Assembly (NCBI GenBank): GCA_043819555.1
Contig: JBDREQ010000076.1
Location: 67,439 to 131,438, forward strand
Reading direction: 5' to 3'
Source of the DNA: Candidatus Zixiibacteriota bacterium
GTDB taxonomy: Bacteria > Zixibacteria > MSB-5A5 > GN15 > JAAZOE01
DNA: 64,000 nt
The notes below the pieces were generated by a model. It saw only the letters and a list, made by a program, of their open reading frames with translations. It searched no databases and was not told where the DNA came from. The translations under genes and the position numbers were made by a program. Shown here piece by piece: positions 38,304-49,258 of this stretch (its first letter is position 1; the number at the start of each line of letters is the position of its first letter).

Positions 38304-41300
38304 TCAGAGCCTGGCATTCTCCGACACTCGATCCAATTCCTCCCTGACCGCCAAAGCTATAGTTTTTAGGCTCAGCGGCTTTTTGAGAAATCCACCCGCT
38401 CCCAGTTCGATAGCTTCTTCTACGCGATCGCTCCCCGCATATCCGGAAACGATAATAGCCCGCTGTCCGGGTTCTATTTCCAGCGCTCGCCGCAAGGTCT
38501 CGGTGCCATCAATACCATCAGGCATGATCATATCGAGCAGCATCAGATCGCAGTTGTTTCCTTGCAAAAATTCCAAGGCCTTTTCCCCGCTCTCGACTGC
38601 CGTTGCGTTATAACCCAGTTTCTTTAAGAGTTTAAGTACGACCTGTCGTTGCATTCCATCATCGTCGACAACCAGGATACTCTCTGAACCTTTTTGGATT
38701 TTTTCCTCTTCCGGCACTGCAACATCTTCCTGAGTGACTGGAAAATATAGGTATAAGTCTGTGCCCTTTCCTTCATTGCTTTCCAAATCGATAAAGCCGC
38801 CATGTCCTTAACTACGGCATCCACAACGCTCAATCCCAATCCGGAACCATGCTTTTTGTCGGCATGTTTTGTAGTGAAAAAGGGTTCAAAAACGCGCAAC
38901 AACTCGTGTCCTGGAATACCGCGGCCGGTATCCTTGATAGTAAGCTTCACATACTCACCCACTGGAATCTGATTATATTTACCCGAATCGTTTTCGACAT
39001 AAGAGCCTTCCGTAGAAATCGTAAGCACCCCATTGTCTGCCATGGCATCCAGTGCATTGGCAATAAGATTGACAATAACCCGGAAAATCTGTGAAGACCC
39101 GCCCTTAATGCATTTCAAATCCGAACTGAGATTGGTCTTAACCACAACATTGGGGGGTATGGGATGAAGGCTTTTAAGGACGCTTTCGATTATGTCATTG
39201 AGCTTAAGAGATTCAAGATTGTAGTGCCCGCGGCGCCCCAGGCTAAGCAATTGTTGATTAATATCGGCAATTTGTCTTGCCGCTGTCTCCATTGCCTCAA
39301 GATACGGCAAGGCATCATTACCGTCGGCCAGCTCGTCCCGTATCAAGTCCGGATATCCAACCAAGGGACCCAGTAGATTATTGAAATCGTGGGCAACTTG
39401 ACCAGCAATCCTGCCGGCAGTTTCCAGGCGTTCAGCCCGGCCGGCGAATTCTTGTAAGTGTTTCAGTTCCGTAATATCGGATGCGGTCATGGCCATGAAT
39501 TTTGGCTCGCCCTCGTCATCTCTGATGATTGTTCCGTTCATGAGAGTGGGAAACACGGTCTCGTCCCGGTGCTTGTGCCAAACTTCCCGGGACGTGAAGC
39601 TGCCTTTCCGCTTCAAGTCATTGAGCATTCTGCGTACTTCAATAATCTGATCTATGGTGTGAAAAATGCTGACATCGCAAGTCAAAAGATTTTCCATGTC
39701 ATATCCATGCATTTGTGCAATGCATTTGTTGACATAGGTCAGTGTACCGTCAAGATCGCAAATGGCTATGCCATATGTAGCTCCATCTGCGATTGACTTG
39801 AACTTGCGGATTTCCTCATCGGCCAGACGTCGGTCAGTAACGTCGTTACAATATCCGATATAACGGTCTTCGGAAAGCTTTACTGCATCCACCTGGTACC
39901 AATGAAAAGAACCATTTTTGTGTTTGACGAGCACTTCACCACTGGATTGGCTACGTTCCAGTAGCTGCCTAAAATGTTCAAAACCGGCTGGATTTTTCTT
40001 AGGAATGAGCCGCTCTAATCTCATGCCCGTCATTTCTTCTATGGTGTAACCTGAAAACCGACTGGCCGTCTCATTGGCTTCAAGAAATACTCCTTCCCCA
40101 TTAATAACGAACACGCCGAAAGGGGCGGATGAGAGATAGGTCTTATACTTGTGCTCGCTTTTTCTAAGGGCTTCTTCGGCATTCACCCGATCGGTAATAT
40201 CCGCGATAAATCCGAAAAACCGACCATCCGTCAGTCTGACAACAGTCACTCTGAAAGTCGCGTCAGTGCCGTCATAGCGCCTGATCATTATGTCTCCGTC
40301 GAATCTGCCTTCCGAAAACAACTTGCAAAACTCCTGGCGCGCCGCATCGGCTTTATGGGGAGAGAAGAACTTTGGCGGGATATGGCCAATTACCTCATAT
40401 TCGGGATAACCCGACAAGCGGCAGAATTGTTCGTTTATCTCAGAAAACTGACCCTTCTCGTCCAGTACAAAGACTCCGTGAGGGGCGTTGGAGATATAAG
40501 TTCGGTATTTGGCTTCGCTGTTTTTTAGAGCCATCTCGGCCTGCTTTTGGTCCGTTATGTCCTGAAACGAGCCCATAGCTCCTGAGTAATTCCCCTTCTT
40601 GTCCAGGCGTGGAGACATTGAGACCCGAAGTATTTTTCTAAGGCCATTTGATGTAACAATACTCAACTCGTAGTCAGTCTTAATACCTTCCTGCTGACGC
40701 AGATCTTGTTGAGAACATGCATGGCTCTTCTCTTCTTCAGGGATGAACTGCATCAAGTCATTTCCAACAAGGCAATCGACTGTATCAACCCCGAAGATTT
40801 CGGCGCAGGCCTGGTTGGCAAATTCCACATTCTCATCTTTGTCAAGGACCACAATACCTTCACGAATGGCGTTGAACATCTCCTGATAGCGTGCTTCCGA
40901 ATCAGGCAAAACTTTACCATTGCCCTTGAATTCTGTGATGTCCCGATCAATACAATTGAAACCCTTGAATTTGCCTTGCTCATCTATAACAGCAATTCTC
41001 TGCGACTGCAAACACTTCCATTTGCCTGCCTTTGTTTTCAGCTGATAGACCAGATGAGTCACAGGATCAGAGTTTTGACCAGTAATCTGGATGTCGGCCG
41101 AGAACTTCGTTTCGTCCGATTGCACCAGGCTCTTAAGAAGTTCTGGATATTTTTCGAATTCCGATGGAGAATACCCGGTCATTTTAATATGGGCGTTATT
41201 ATACATTGTCAGAGTTCCATCGGCTGCATGGAAATAAATCATGTCGTTTTGACTCTGATTTAAGGCGGCCAAATCGTCAGCCCGCTCCAGGTCTGGACTG

Positions 41301-41722
41301 GTCGGAATGACTTCACAATCAGACTGGTTTAGCTTAACGATAAGACAATTGCGACCGTCCAGGAGGGCTGACCGCGCGTCTAAATCCATTGTCAGCTGCA
41401 GTCCACTGCCAGTCTTCACCCGCCAATGTGCTTCCAGATGTTGATCATTGGATAGACTGGTCATCCATGAAAGATTAGAATCCCTTTCCCCGTCGGATGA
41501 TTCCGCGGACAGGTCAGAGATATTCATCTGACAAATATCAACCAAAGAATAACCAAACATCTCGCAGGCAGATCCGCTTGCGTCGATAATCCTGCCGGTT
41601 TTTATTTCTACTACCAGAATTGCATCGCTGGCCAGCTCCAAAATCGCTCTCTCACACAAGTTTCTTTGTTCGCCCCCAGAATGCTTTTCCAGACCAGTAG
41701 ATACTACTTTGCTTCTGCTCAA
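38304..41722 (-). pseudogene. Multi-PAS hybrid histidine kinase/response regulator split by a 1-nt frameshift near 38804
   Basis: PAS repeats, AHDFNN, NALDAM, DTGRG, FFTTK, GSGLGL; receiver domain (VVDDD, LLDMIMP, KP) in second ORF; adding one C restores KDHGGFIDLESNEGKGT. Confidence 0.85.
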
Positions 41723-41765
41723 TTTTATCCCCCCTTCTTTTTAAAGGGAATTTATGTTAATATTT

Positions 41766-41792
41766 CTATCGGCAAGTGTCACGGCATTATTA
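41766..41792 (-). promoter_or_regulatory. sigma-28 (FliA)-like promoter
   Basis: TAAT-N15-GCCGATAG versus consensus TAAA-N15-GCCGATAA, 44 nt upstream of kinase ORF. Confidence 0.55.
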
Positions 41793-42127
41793 ATATGGGA
41801 GAGAGCTAAATAAGTAATGAGGCATGGCCGGCAGATGCCTAATATATTTTTGAGGCATCCACCAAATAGAGAGGTGAACAAACGTTACATTTCTTCATTG
41901 CCCCGTCGCAAAGATGTTCGTCAATAACAAAAGCGCAAAAGAGATAATTTGTGGCATTATCACATACATTATGGACTGTCAAAAGTTATACCCATAACCA
42001 AATTTACGTAATCTACATGACACAGCCGGGAGTGCCCCTTTAATAAAAAAACATTGCAATCGTATAGGCTACAGTATAGCTTTCAATTAAATTTGGCATT
42101 ATATTATTTGGCGCGGAGTTATTTATC

Positions 42128-43756
42128 ATGAGGCATGGATATATATCAATTTTATTTTTTCTATTATTGGCACCTGTATTATTTTTGCTGATATCATGCA
42201 GTAAAGAAGATGAGGCAACTAATCCATCCAGTGATAAAACTCCTCCGTCGATATTATCTACTTCACCGGCAAATAACGCGGCCAATGTCTCTATTGACGC
42301 CAGGATAAAAATAGTGTTTTCCGAGGCTATCGATACTTCATCCATTTCTTTTTCTACAATCAATATCTCCCCCGCTATTAATGGAATGTTTGAACAAAAC
42401 GGCGACACAATAACTCTGATTCCTTCCCCTGAGTTGGCCTACTCTACTCAATATTCGATAACTATAACAACGGCCGTATCAGACATTTCCGGAAACACTC
42501 TGGCGTCGAATTTTGCATGGTCATTTCAAACCGAAACCGATCCCGCGTCTTTACCTCCGGTAGTTATCTCAACCAATCCCGCCAATGGAGAAACAGATGT
42601 TTCTGTTAGTACGCAAATCTCAGCCGTATTTTCCAAAGAAATAAACCAGGCAATATTGACAGCATCCTCATTTTTTATTGACAATGGGATTACCGGAACG
42701 ATTTCATATAATAACAAAACCGCGACTTATTCACCCAGCATCGATTTGGATTTCAATCAAATTTACATGGCTACAATTTCAACCGCCGTGGCTGACACAT
42801 TCGGAATTAACATGGCCAGTGATTATTCCTGGTCGTTCACGACCGAACCCAATCCATTGATTCCCGTCGTTACAATAATCTGGCCGTTTGATGAAACTAT
42901 TCTCGGCGATACGGTGACAATTCAGGTCGCCGCCTCGCATCCGATCGGAATAACCAAAGTCGAATTTTATATTGACGGCGTCCATATAACATCTGCCGAT
43001 GATTTATCCTCACCATTTGAATATTTCTGGGATTTGTCAGATTATCCGATTGCCAGTGAACACACTTTAATCGCCAAAGCATATGAGTCAACGGGATTGG
43101 TCGGCATTTCCGGTACGGTAACGATCAATTATCTATGGCGGGAATTGGCATCGGATAATAATGATTTCTGGCAAACCGATTTGCGCCGGATGTTCGCTCG
43201 CAGCACCGACACGATGCTTGAGCTGCGTTATGAATGCTGGGAATTATGGTACGATCCGTATGATACCATTCCCGATGATACTACTCTTGATCTGGGAATT
43301 TATTTTGATGTTGACCAGAACGCTTTCACGGGCCGGCCAGATTTCAATAGTATTCCCCTCAACAATATCGGAGCCGAATACCGCGCCATTATTGGTTTGC
43401 ATGGAAATGAGGCCCTCGCGTCGTGGAATCCTATAAGCAGTACCTGGAATGTAATCTATGACCCGACCGGGTTTGCTTATTTGAATTTACCGCCCGATAC
43501 GAATATCCTTGAATTTGGAATCCTGTGGAGTGATTTGGGAGGTCCATCGGCGGTTAATATGGTCAGTATAAATGTCTTTTTTCAGGATTCACTGGTATTT
43601 TTCGCCGACTGGCTCCCCGACCAGGGCAATGGTTTTATTACGATAAGAAAAGAAAATCAGTTTGTTGGCGAAAGATATAATTCCGTGATTATAAATCAAA
43701 ATCGCCAGCGGATATTCAAGCCTTCACTCCCCCGCAATCCTTTTGGCGGGAAATAG
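42128..43756 (+). CDS. Lipoprotein with bacterial Ig-like (SbsA/Big_5) repeats
   Basis: LLISC lipobox; two PP.V.ST.PAN...I...FS...WSFTT domains plus VEFYIDG Ig-like domain. Confidence 0.85.
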   Translation: MRHGYISILFFLLLAPVLFLLISCSKEDEATNPSSDKTPPSILSTSPANNAANVSIDARIKIVFSEAIDTSSISFSTINISPAINGMFEQNGDTITLIPSPELAYSTQYSITITTAVSDISGNTLASNFAWSFQTETDPASLPPVVISTNPANGETDVSVSTQISAVFSKEINQAILTASSFFIDNGITGTISYNNKTATYSPSIDLDFNQIYMATISTAVADTFGINMASDYSWSFTTEPNPLIPVVTIIWPFDETILGDTVTIQVAASHPIGITKVEFYIDGVHITSADDLSSPFEYFWDLSDYPIASEHTLIAKAYESTGLVGISGTVTINYLWRELASDNNDFWQTDLRRMFARSTDTMLELRYECWELWYDPYDTIPDDTTLDLGIYFDVDQNAFTGRPDFNSIPLNNIGAEYRAIIGLHGNEALASWNPISSTWNVIYDPTGFAYLNLPPDTNILEFGILWSDLGGPSAVNMVSINVFFQDSLVFFADWLPDQGNGFITIRKENQFVGERYNSVIINQNRQRIFKPSLPRNPFGGK

Positions 43757-43803
43757 ATTTAACCTTGAATGCGCCCTGCAGATACCCGCATCTGAGCGGA
43801 AGT

Positions 43804-43846
43804 AAAAATGGGTCAGACGTGAGCATCTGACCCCGCACTGAAGTAT
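43804..43846. repeat. Palindromic repeat family B, copy 2
   Basis: AAAAATGGGTCAGACGTGAGCATCTGACCCC. Confidence 0.6.
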
Positions 43847-43963
43847 TAAAAGCTTTTTCGTTTAAATCGCAACCTGAATACTAATAACAAAAAACGATGC
43901 TATAACGACTATTGTTACCGCTTTTACATGGCATTAAATATCTGATAAAGACTACGTCTTAGC

Positions 43964-44233
43964 TTAAAGCTTGTCTCCGAATTTCCCGGCAAGCTTATTA
44001 TGTAACCAGGCAAATATCGCTCCGCCGATTAAACCGTCAACCAATCCCCACCCCAATCCGATAAAACTACCAGGGGTGGTAACCTCATACCCGCGATAGA
44101 CATATCCAATAGGTAACAGATCTGCGCATTGTCCTTCAAATATCATCACCCACCAGGTAATTAAAAACAATCCCAATCCCCAGAATATTCCGCATGTTAA
44201 TGCGAACGCTTTTACATTTAACTTCATGACCAT
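43964..44233 (-). CDS. Small 2-TM membrane protein (holin-like family)
   Basis: KLNVKAFALTCG..WG...GSFIGL.WG..DG..GG.IFAWL.N; GGAGG SD. Confidence 0.75.
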   Translation of the reverse strand: MVMKLNVKAFALTCGIFWGLGLFLITWWVMIFEGQCADLLPIGYVYRGYEVTTPGSFIGLGWGLVDGLIGGAIFAWLHNKLAGKFGDKL

Positions 44234-44598
44234 CCTCCTTGGTTATGCGCAAAAAATATGCACCCTATATTAATTAGAATTTAGGAAATTAAATATTGAA
44301 AATCAAGTTTAATTTATCGCAGATTTTCAATCAGATTCTAATCTACACTTCCGCAATGTATTGGCATAAAGTTTTGCCAAAATTGGTGATTTGAAACTCA
44401 ATAATTGTCCCCGGCTTCTCCGATGTAAGATTGCTTCAAAATATCTTATCGTATCATGCATAAAATCCACCACGAACCGTGCTTATTTGCGTATATAATT
44501 TATGCGGATAATAATTGTCCATATTATAAACCTTTGCCCTGCAACGCATCAAGCGCGGAGATGGTTTAATGCTGCCAGCTAATTTTGCCCGCTTCAAT

Positions 44599-45480
44599 AT
44601 GAAATTTCGAATAATTCTCATTCTTGCCCCGGTAATTTTGTTGCTTGGCGGATGTGAGTCGGATGAACAATTGGTTTCCGAATCGAAGTATCATCCGTCC
44701 GGCTGGACAAGTTTTCCCGCCGATGAATCGCATGGAGTTCAGGCTCTGAAAACAGGAATTCTTAATTGTTATGATTGTCACGGAAATGATTTTTCCGGCG
44801 GAATTGCCCAAGTAGCATGTGCCGAATGTCATGGCTATGGCCAGGACAACTGTGTGGCATGTCATGGCGGTTTATTCGACAGTACCGGCGCTCCCCCTTA
44901 CGCCTTAGACCGCTCAATCAATGATACAATCCTGGCCGTCGGCAGTCATTATATTCATCTCTATGGTTCCGAAATATCCGATGGAATATCCTGCAATTCG
45001 TGCCATATCGTTCCGGAACATCCCTGGGATTTAGTTCACTTTGACTATTCTATTTATAATGGACCGGGGATCAGCGATTCGATTGCCGAAATAGTATGGG
45101 GAGGAATCGCCGACTCTGGAGGGATTTGGGATAGAGAAACCCGAACCTGCTCAGATACTTATTGTCACGGGAATTTTAAGAATGGATATCCCGACAATTC
45201 TCCAGTATGGACCGAATCTGATCAAACCCTGTGCGGTTCATGTCATGATGATGGCAGTAATATTCTTCATATGAACAGGGACCACATATTGCATTATTAT
45301 TTTGATATCGGCTGTGAAAACTGCCATGCCGCGACGGTCGATGAACATCTGAAAATCATTGGCCTTGAGTTTCACGTTGATGGCCAGTTTACGGTAAGAT
45401 TCTATCCGGACAGCGGATCATATTCAAATGGCACCTGTTATGACCCGGGTGGATGCCATGATACACAGGATTGGCATTGA
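44599..45480 (+). CDS. Multiheme cytochrome c lipoprotein (CxxxxCH/CxxCH type)
   Basis: LLLGGC lipobox; six CxxCH plus CSDTYCH and CYDPGGCH. Confidence 0.9.
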   Translation: MKFRIILILAPVILLLGGCESDEQLVSESKYHPSGWTSFPADESHGVQALKTGILNCYDCHGNDFSGGIAQVACAECHGYGQDNCVACHGGLFDSTGAPPYALDRSINDTILAVGSHYIHLYGSEISDGISCNSCHIVPEHPWDLVHFDYSIYNGPGISDSIAEIVWGGIADSGGIWDRETRTCSDTYCHGNFKNGYPDNSPVWTESDQTLCGSCHDDGSNILHMNRDHILHYYFDIGCENCHAATVDEHLKIIGLEFHVDGQFTVRFYPDSGSYSNGTCYDPGGCHDTQDWH

Positions 45481-45515
45481 ATTTTACTCTTAAAATATAT
45501 TATGATAAGGTCAGA

Positions 45516-46103
45516 ATGAAGCATTCAATAATATTATTACTGGCGCTGTACTCACTGTTTATGCCGGCAGACGCTTCCGAATATCATGTCGATAAAACGA
45601 ACACGAATCTGGTTATGTTTGTATGTGAAGTGCCTTTGACGGATTTTAAGGTAAAGACATCGCAAATTGACGGATATGTATATTGGGATGGCGATTCAAT
45701 GCCGCCACCAGAATCACAATCAGAAACCAGTGACATTTACTTTGAAGTTCAGCTAAACTCTCTGGATGCCGGAAACAGCATGTATAACCGCCACCTGAAA
45801 GAAGATTACCTGGAAACGGAAAAGTATCCATATGCTGAATTTAAGGCGAGTATTAAGAAGATTGAACAATTGACGGATAGTACCTTTGCCGCCTATGTTG
45901 AAGGGGATTTTTCCATACATGGCAGGAAGAAGAAGATTGCGATTGTCGGACAAACGGTGAAATTGGGCGATCTCTTGCGAGTTGAATGCGAATTCACGGT
46001 CAAACTCTCGGATTATGATATAGAGATACCAAAATTGATGTTTATTGAGGCTGATGATGATATTAAGGTCAACCTGGATTTTTATATTAAACCATCTATT
46101 TGA
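45516..46103 (+). CDS. YceI family protein
   Basis: Signal peptide; LDAGNSMYNRHL...YLETEKYPYAEF, GDFSIHG, LSDYDI. Confidence 0.88.
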   Translation: MKHSIILLLALYSLFMPADASEYHVDKTNTNLVMFVCEVPLTDFKVKTSQIDGYVYWDGDSMPPPESQSETSDIYFEVQLNSLDAGNSMYNRHLKEDYLETEKYPYAEFKASIKKIEQLTDSTFAAYVEGDFSIHGRKKKIAIVGQTVKLGDLLRVECEFTVKLSDYDIEIPKLMFIEADDDIKVNLDFYIKPSI

Positions 46104-46117
46104 CGCAGGGCATAGAA

Positions 46118-46996
46118 ATGGCAATTAAATCAATTTATACTTTTTTCGTGGCTTTAATAGTGTTTATGGCGGGAACTGATGCTGTTCTCGCACAACCGAA
46201 GTGGACACGATCGGAACCGGAAATTGAAATAAATCTCAGATTATTTCACTCCACTAAAATCATCGGTTTGCCAACCGCTGAGGCGTTGAGCAAAGGCGAT
46301 TTTGAGGTTGAGATATCCCACCGCTTCTCTCCTCCAATCAGCGATGGTTATGAATCGTTTTATGGCTTTGACGGCCCGGCGAAAATGAGAATCGCCGTGG
46401 GTTATGCCGCGTTTGAGGATTTGATGTTCATGATCGGCCGCAGCAACATTGATGATAATACCGATTTTCATATTAAGTATCGCTTACTTCATCCAAAGAA
46501 AGAGGACTTCCCGGTGTTGGCTTCTCTTCAGGGTGGAATTGCCTGGAATGCGGTCGAGACTTTCAGGCCTGATAGTCTGGGGAATATGATTGTCCGCCCC
46601 AAAAACCATGACCGCCACTTTCAGTATTTTGCAAGGCTGAATATTGATTTTCGACCGATTAAAAACTTTGTCATCGGACTTGTTCCCTCGTATCTTTATA
46701 ACAACGACATCAGGTCTATAGATATTAAGCATACCTTTTCCTTGGGTACCATTTATCAATATTATATCAACAAGAGATGGAGCCTGATTGGAGAATGGTC
46801 ATTTATTCTATCCGATAAATATAAGCGCCATAATCCGGGCGGAGTCGGAATTGAGCTTGAAACGGGCGCGCATATTTTTGAAATATTTGTAACAAATCAA
46901 TTGCGCATTAACCCATCGCAATCCATCGCGGGGTCCGAATATCCTTTTGATGGAGAAAATCTTAGAATCGGATTTTTTATAAATCGCGTGCTTTAA
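46118..46996 (+). CDS. DUF5777-like outer-membrane beta-barrel
   Basis: ISHRF, FYGFDG, GIELETGAHIFEIFVTN, IGFFINR. Confidence 0.75.
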   Translation: MAIKSIYTFFVALIVFMAGTDAVLAQPKWTRSEPEIEINLRLFHSTKIIGLPTAEALSKGDFEVEISHRFSPPISDGYESFYGFDGPAKMRIAVGYAAFEDLMFMIGRSNIDDNTDFHIKYRLLHPKKEDFPVLASLQGGIAWNAVETFRPDSLGNMIVRPKNHDRHFQYFARLNIDFRPIKNFVIGLVPSYLYNNDIRSIDIKHTFSLGTIYQYYINKRWSLIGEWSFILSDKYKRHNPGGVGIELETGAHIFEIFVTNQLRINPSQSIAGSEYPFDGENLRIGFFINRVL

Positions 46997-47397
46997 TCCT
47001 GGCGGCTTTCAAAAAGGCCGCCATCGATCCACTTCTGAAGTTCGTCAATAAATTCCTGATCAAGTTTTTCGTCATATGGCATCACCGGTTCACTGGACCA
47101 TGCCATCGTCCGGTAAAGCGAACTTTTTTCGGCCTTCCCATTCACGACCACCGGGCCATGGTCAGAACCGGTCAGAATTTGATTATAACTTTCCAGTCCC
47201 AGACCCGCCGCCGGTTTCGCACCGGCATGACAGTCGGATGTGGCGCATTTGGCATCCAGTATGAATTTGACATCGCTGTAATAAACGGTTTCAGCCGTCG
47301 GTGTAATTACTTTTTCTTCAGAACAACTGAGAGGCAGGAATATCGCGATTACAACAAATAGGCATACGATAGTGAATTTACTTTGGGACTGATTCAT
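46993..47397 (-). CDS. Planctomycete-type cytochrome c lipoprotein
   Basis: LPLSC lipobox; CATSDCH, SSLY, MP, WIDGG. Confidence 0.8.
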   Translation of the reverse strand: MNQSQSKFTIVCLFVVIAIFLPLSCSEEKVITPTAETVYYSDVKFILDAKCATSDCHAGAKPAAGLGLESYNQILTGSDHGPVVVNGKAEKSSLYRTMAWSSEPVMPYDEKLDQEFIDELQKWIDGGLFESRQD

Positions 47398-47528
47398 GCT
47401 TCCTCGAAATGGTATTGTTTCTTAATAATTGTATACGAAACAGTCCGCATACTAATTGAATTTGGATAAATATAAAACAGTAATTTGTTATTGTTTGATC
47501 AATTCGCTTAATGTTTGACCGGTATTTT

Positions 47529-47604
47529 TGGTGGAGCCGAGGGGGATCGAACCCCTGACCTCATGACTGCCAGTCATGCGTTCTCCCAGCTGAACTACGG
47601 CCCC
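47529..47604 (-). tRNA. tRNA-Ala(GGC), CCA encoded
   Basis: GGGGCCGTAGTTCAGCTGGGAGAACGCATGACTGGCAGTCATG...GGTTCGATCCCCCTCGGCTCCACCA. Confidence 0.98.
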
Positions 47605-47621
47605 ACGCTTCTGAGATTGGC

Positions 47622-47649
47622 AATATATACCTCATTTCGGCCCTGTCAA
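47622..47649 (-). promoter_or_regulatory. sigma70-like promoter of tRNA-Ala
   Basis: TTGACA-16nt-TATATT. Confidence 0.7.
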
Positions 47650-47683
47650 GAATTAAGTTAGATGAAAAATTCAAATAACCAAA

Positions 47684-49105
47684 TCAGCCCAATTCCAAAT
47701 CATCCGGTTCAATTCTGTTTTTCCTGAAAGCAGAAATTATAATTGCCGCAATTGATACTATCGCGAAAAGTACTACCACCCAGGTAAATGAATTTTCGTA
47801 AGCGATCGCTTTATCAACAATCTCGGAATGATTTTGGACACGGTATGTAAATATCGCCGTCGAAATCGCAACTCCAAAGGCCAGTCCTAATGTCCGGGAA
47901 ACTGCCAGCAGACTGGATGCTATGGCGGTAATCTTCTTTGGAATAGCCGACATCATCGCCGATGAATTGGGCGCCTGAAACATACCCCCGCCAATCCCGA
48001 TGACAATCAGCCGCATAATTATCTCAAAGCGCGTGGAATTTTGATCCAGGGTCGAAATCCAAAAAATCCCGATCGTGGAAACGCACAATCCCAGTGTCGT
48101 CAATAGTCGATACCCGATCGCGTCGGAAATCCTGCCCGCCAAAGGCGCGACAAAAACCGTCACCAAAGGCACCGCAACCAAAACCATTCCGACCTGGCGC
48201 GGAGAATACAGCAAAATATCCTCAAGATAAAACGGTATTAAAACCATCCATGCGGCGATGCAGATAAACGATACCATCATCGAAGATATGGCCAACGAAA
48301 ACTGCCTGTACCGGAAAATCCCCAAACCGATCAGAGGAGAATCGACTCGGGTTTCGCGGGCCATAAATAATGCAAGTGATACTATTCCAAGCGCCCCGGT
48401 CATTGTCAATATTTTAAATGTCCATTCCGGGTCATTTAGCCGATTGAGCGTCAAAAGTATTAGAATTATTCCAGCCGCCTGAAGAATACCGCCGCTTATA
48501 TCAAGTTTTGAATCCGGTTCATCAGGTTTAACCCCCTTAAGAGTCCGCATCGAATAAATATATCCAAAGATACCGATAGGGATATTGATAAAAAATATCC
48601 ACTTCCAGCCCAGGGTTGAAACAATCAGGCCGCCAACCGGAGGTCCCGACATCAATCCAATCCCGACGACAGTTGCCAGAATCCCCATACTTTTGCCGCG
48701 TTCTTTGACCGGGAACGCGCGAGTCACCAGAGCCGGGCCGGCGGCCATCATAAATGAAGCGCCGATTCCATGAATAATGCGGAAAGCTATTAATTGCCAT
48801 ATCGTTACAGACAAACCGCACAGGCACGATCCGATGGTAAACAAGCCAAAACCTGTCAAATAGGTATATCGAAACCCCCTTTTAACGGCTATCCTGCCCA
48901 CAAAAAGGAGTGTTGAGGCAATTGTCAACGAATATGCTAAAACGACCCAGGCGACATAATCAACTGAAATACCGAAACTTCGAGATAAAGTCGGAAGACT
49001 GACATTAACTATAGAAGCGTCGAGCGTTCCGATAAAGGCCGACAGGGCAGTAACCAGCAAAAGACGATATTTGTTAATTTGAAGAGGGCGCTCAAAGCCG
49101 TCCAT
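47684..49105 (-). CDS. MFS transporter, DHA2 (14-TM) family
   Basis: LDASIVNVSLP, WKWIFFINIPIG, GRISDAIG. Confidence 0.92.
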   Translation of the reverse strand: MDGFERPLQINKYRLLLVTALSAFIGTLDASIVNVSLPTLSRSFGISVDYVAWVVLAYSLTIASTLLFVGRIAVKRGFRYTYLTGFGLFTIGSCLCGLSVTIWQLIAFRIIHGIGASFMMAAGPALVTRAFPVKERGKSMGILATVVGIGLMSGPPVGGLIVSTLGWKWIFFINIPIGIFGYIYSMRTLKGVKPDEPDSKLDISGGILQAAGIILILLTLNRLNDPEWTFKILTMTGALGIVSLALFMARETRVDSPLIGLGIFRYRQFSLAISSMMVSFICIAAWMVLIPFYLEDILLYSPRQVGMVLVAVPLVTVFVAPLAGRISDAIGYRLLTTLGLCVSTIGIFWISTLDQNSTRFEIIMRLIVIGIGGGMFQAPNSSAMMSAIPKKITAIASSLLAVSRTLGLAFGVAISTAIFTYRVQNHSEIVDKAIAYENSFTWVVVLFAIVSIAAIIISAFRKNRIEPDDLELG

Positions 49106-49258
49106 TTAATTTTCCCAACCTGTTGCGTAAAAATAAATTGACAAACGACCGATAGAATCATAATCTAACGGTAAGTTAATGTCAAATGATTTAATTTTTT
49201 GATTGCACAAAAGGCCATTAAAATCGTCAAACATTTAGGCGAAAGGGATATCAGCGGG

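Noticed and set aside
38780..38815. Programmed ribosomal frameshift
   Set aside because: No slippery heptamer or homopolymer at the junction
43964..44233. Prophage lysis cassette
   Set aside because: Holin-like protein stands alone; no endolysin or phage genes nearby
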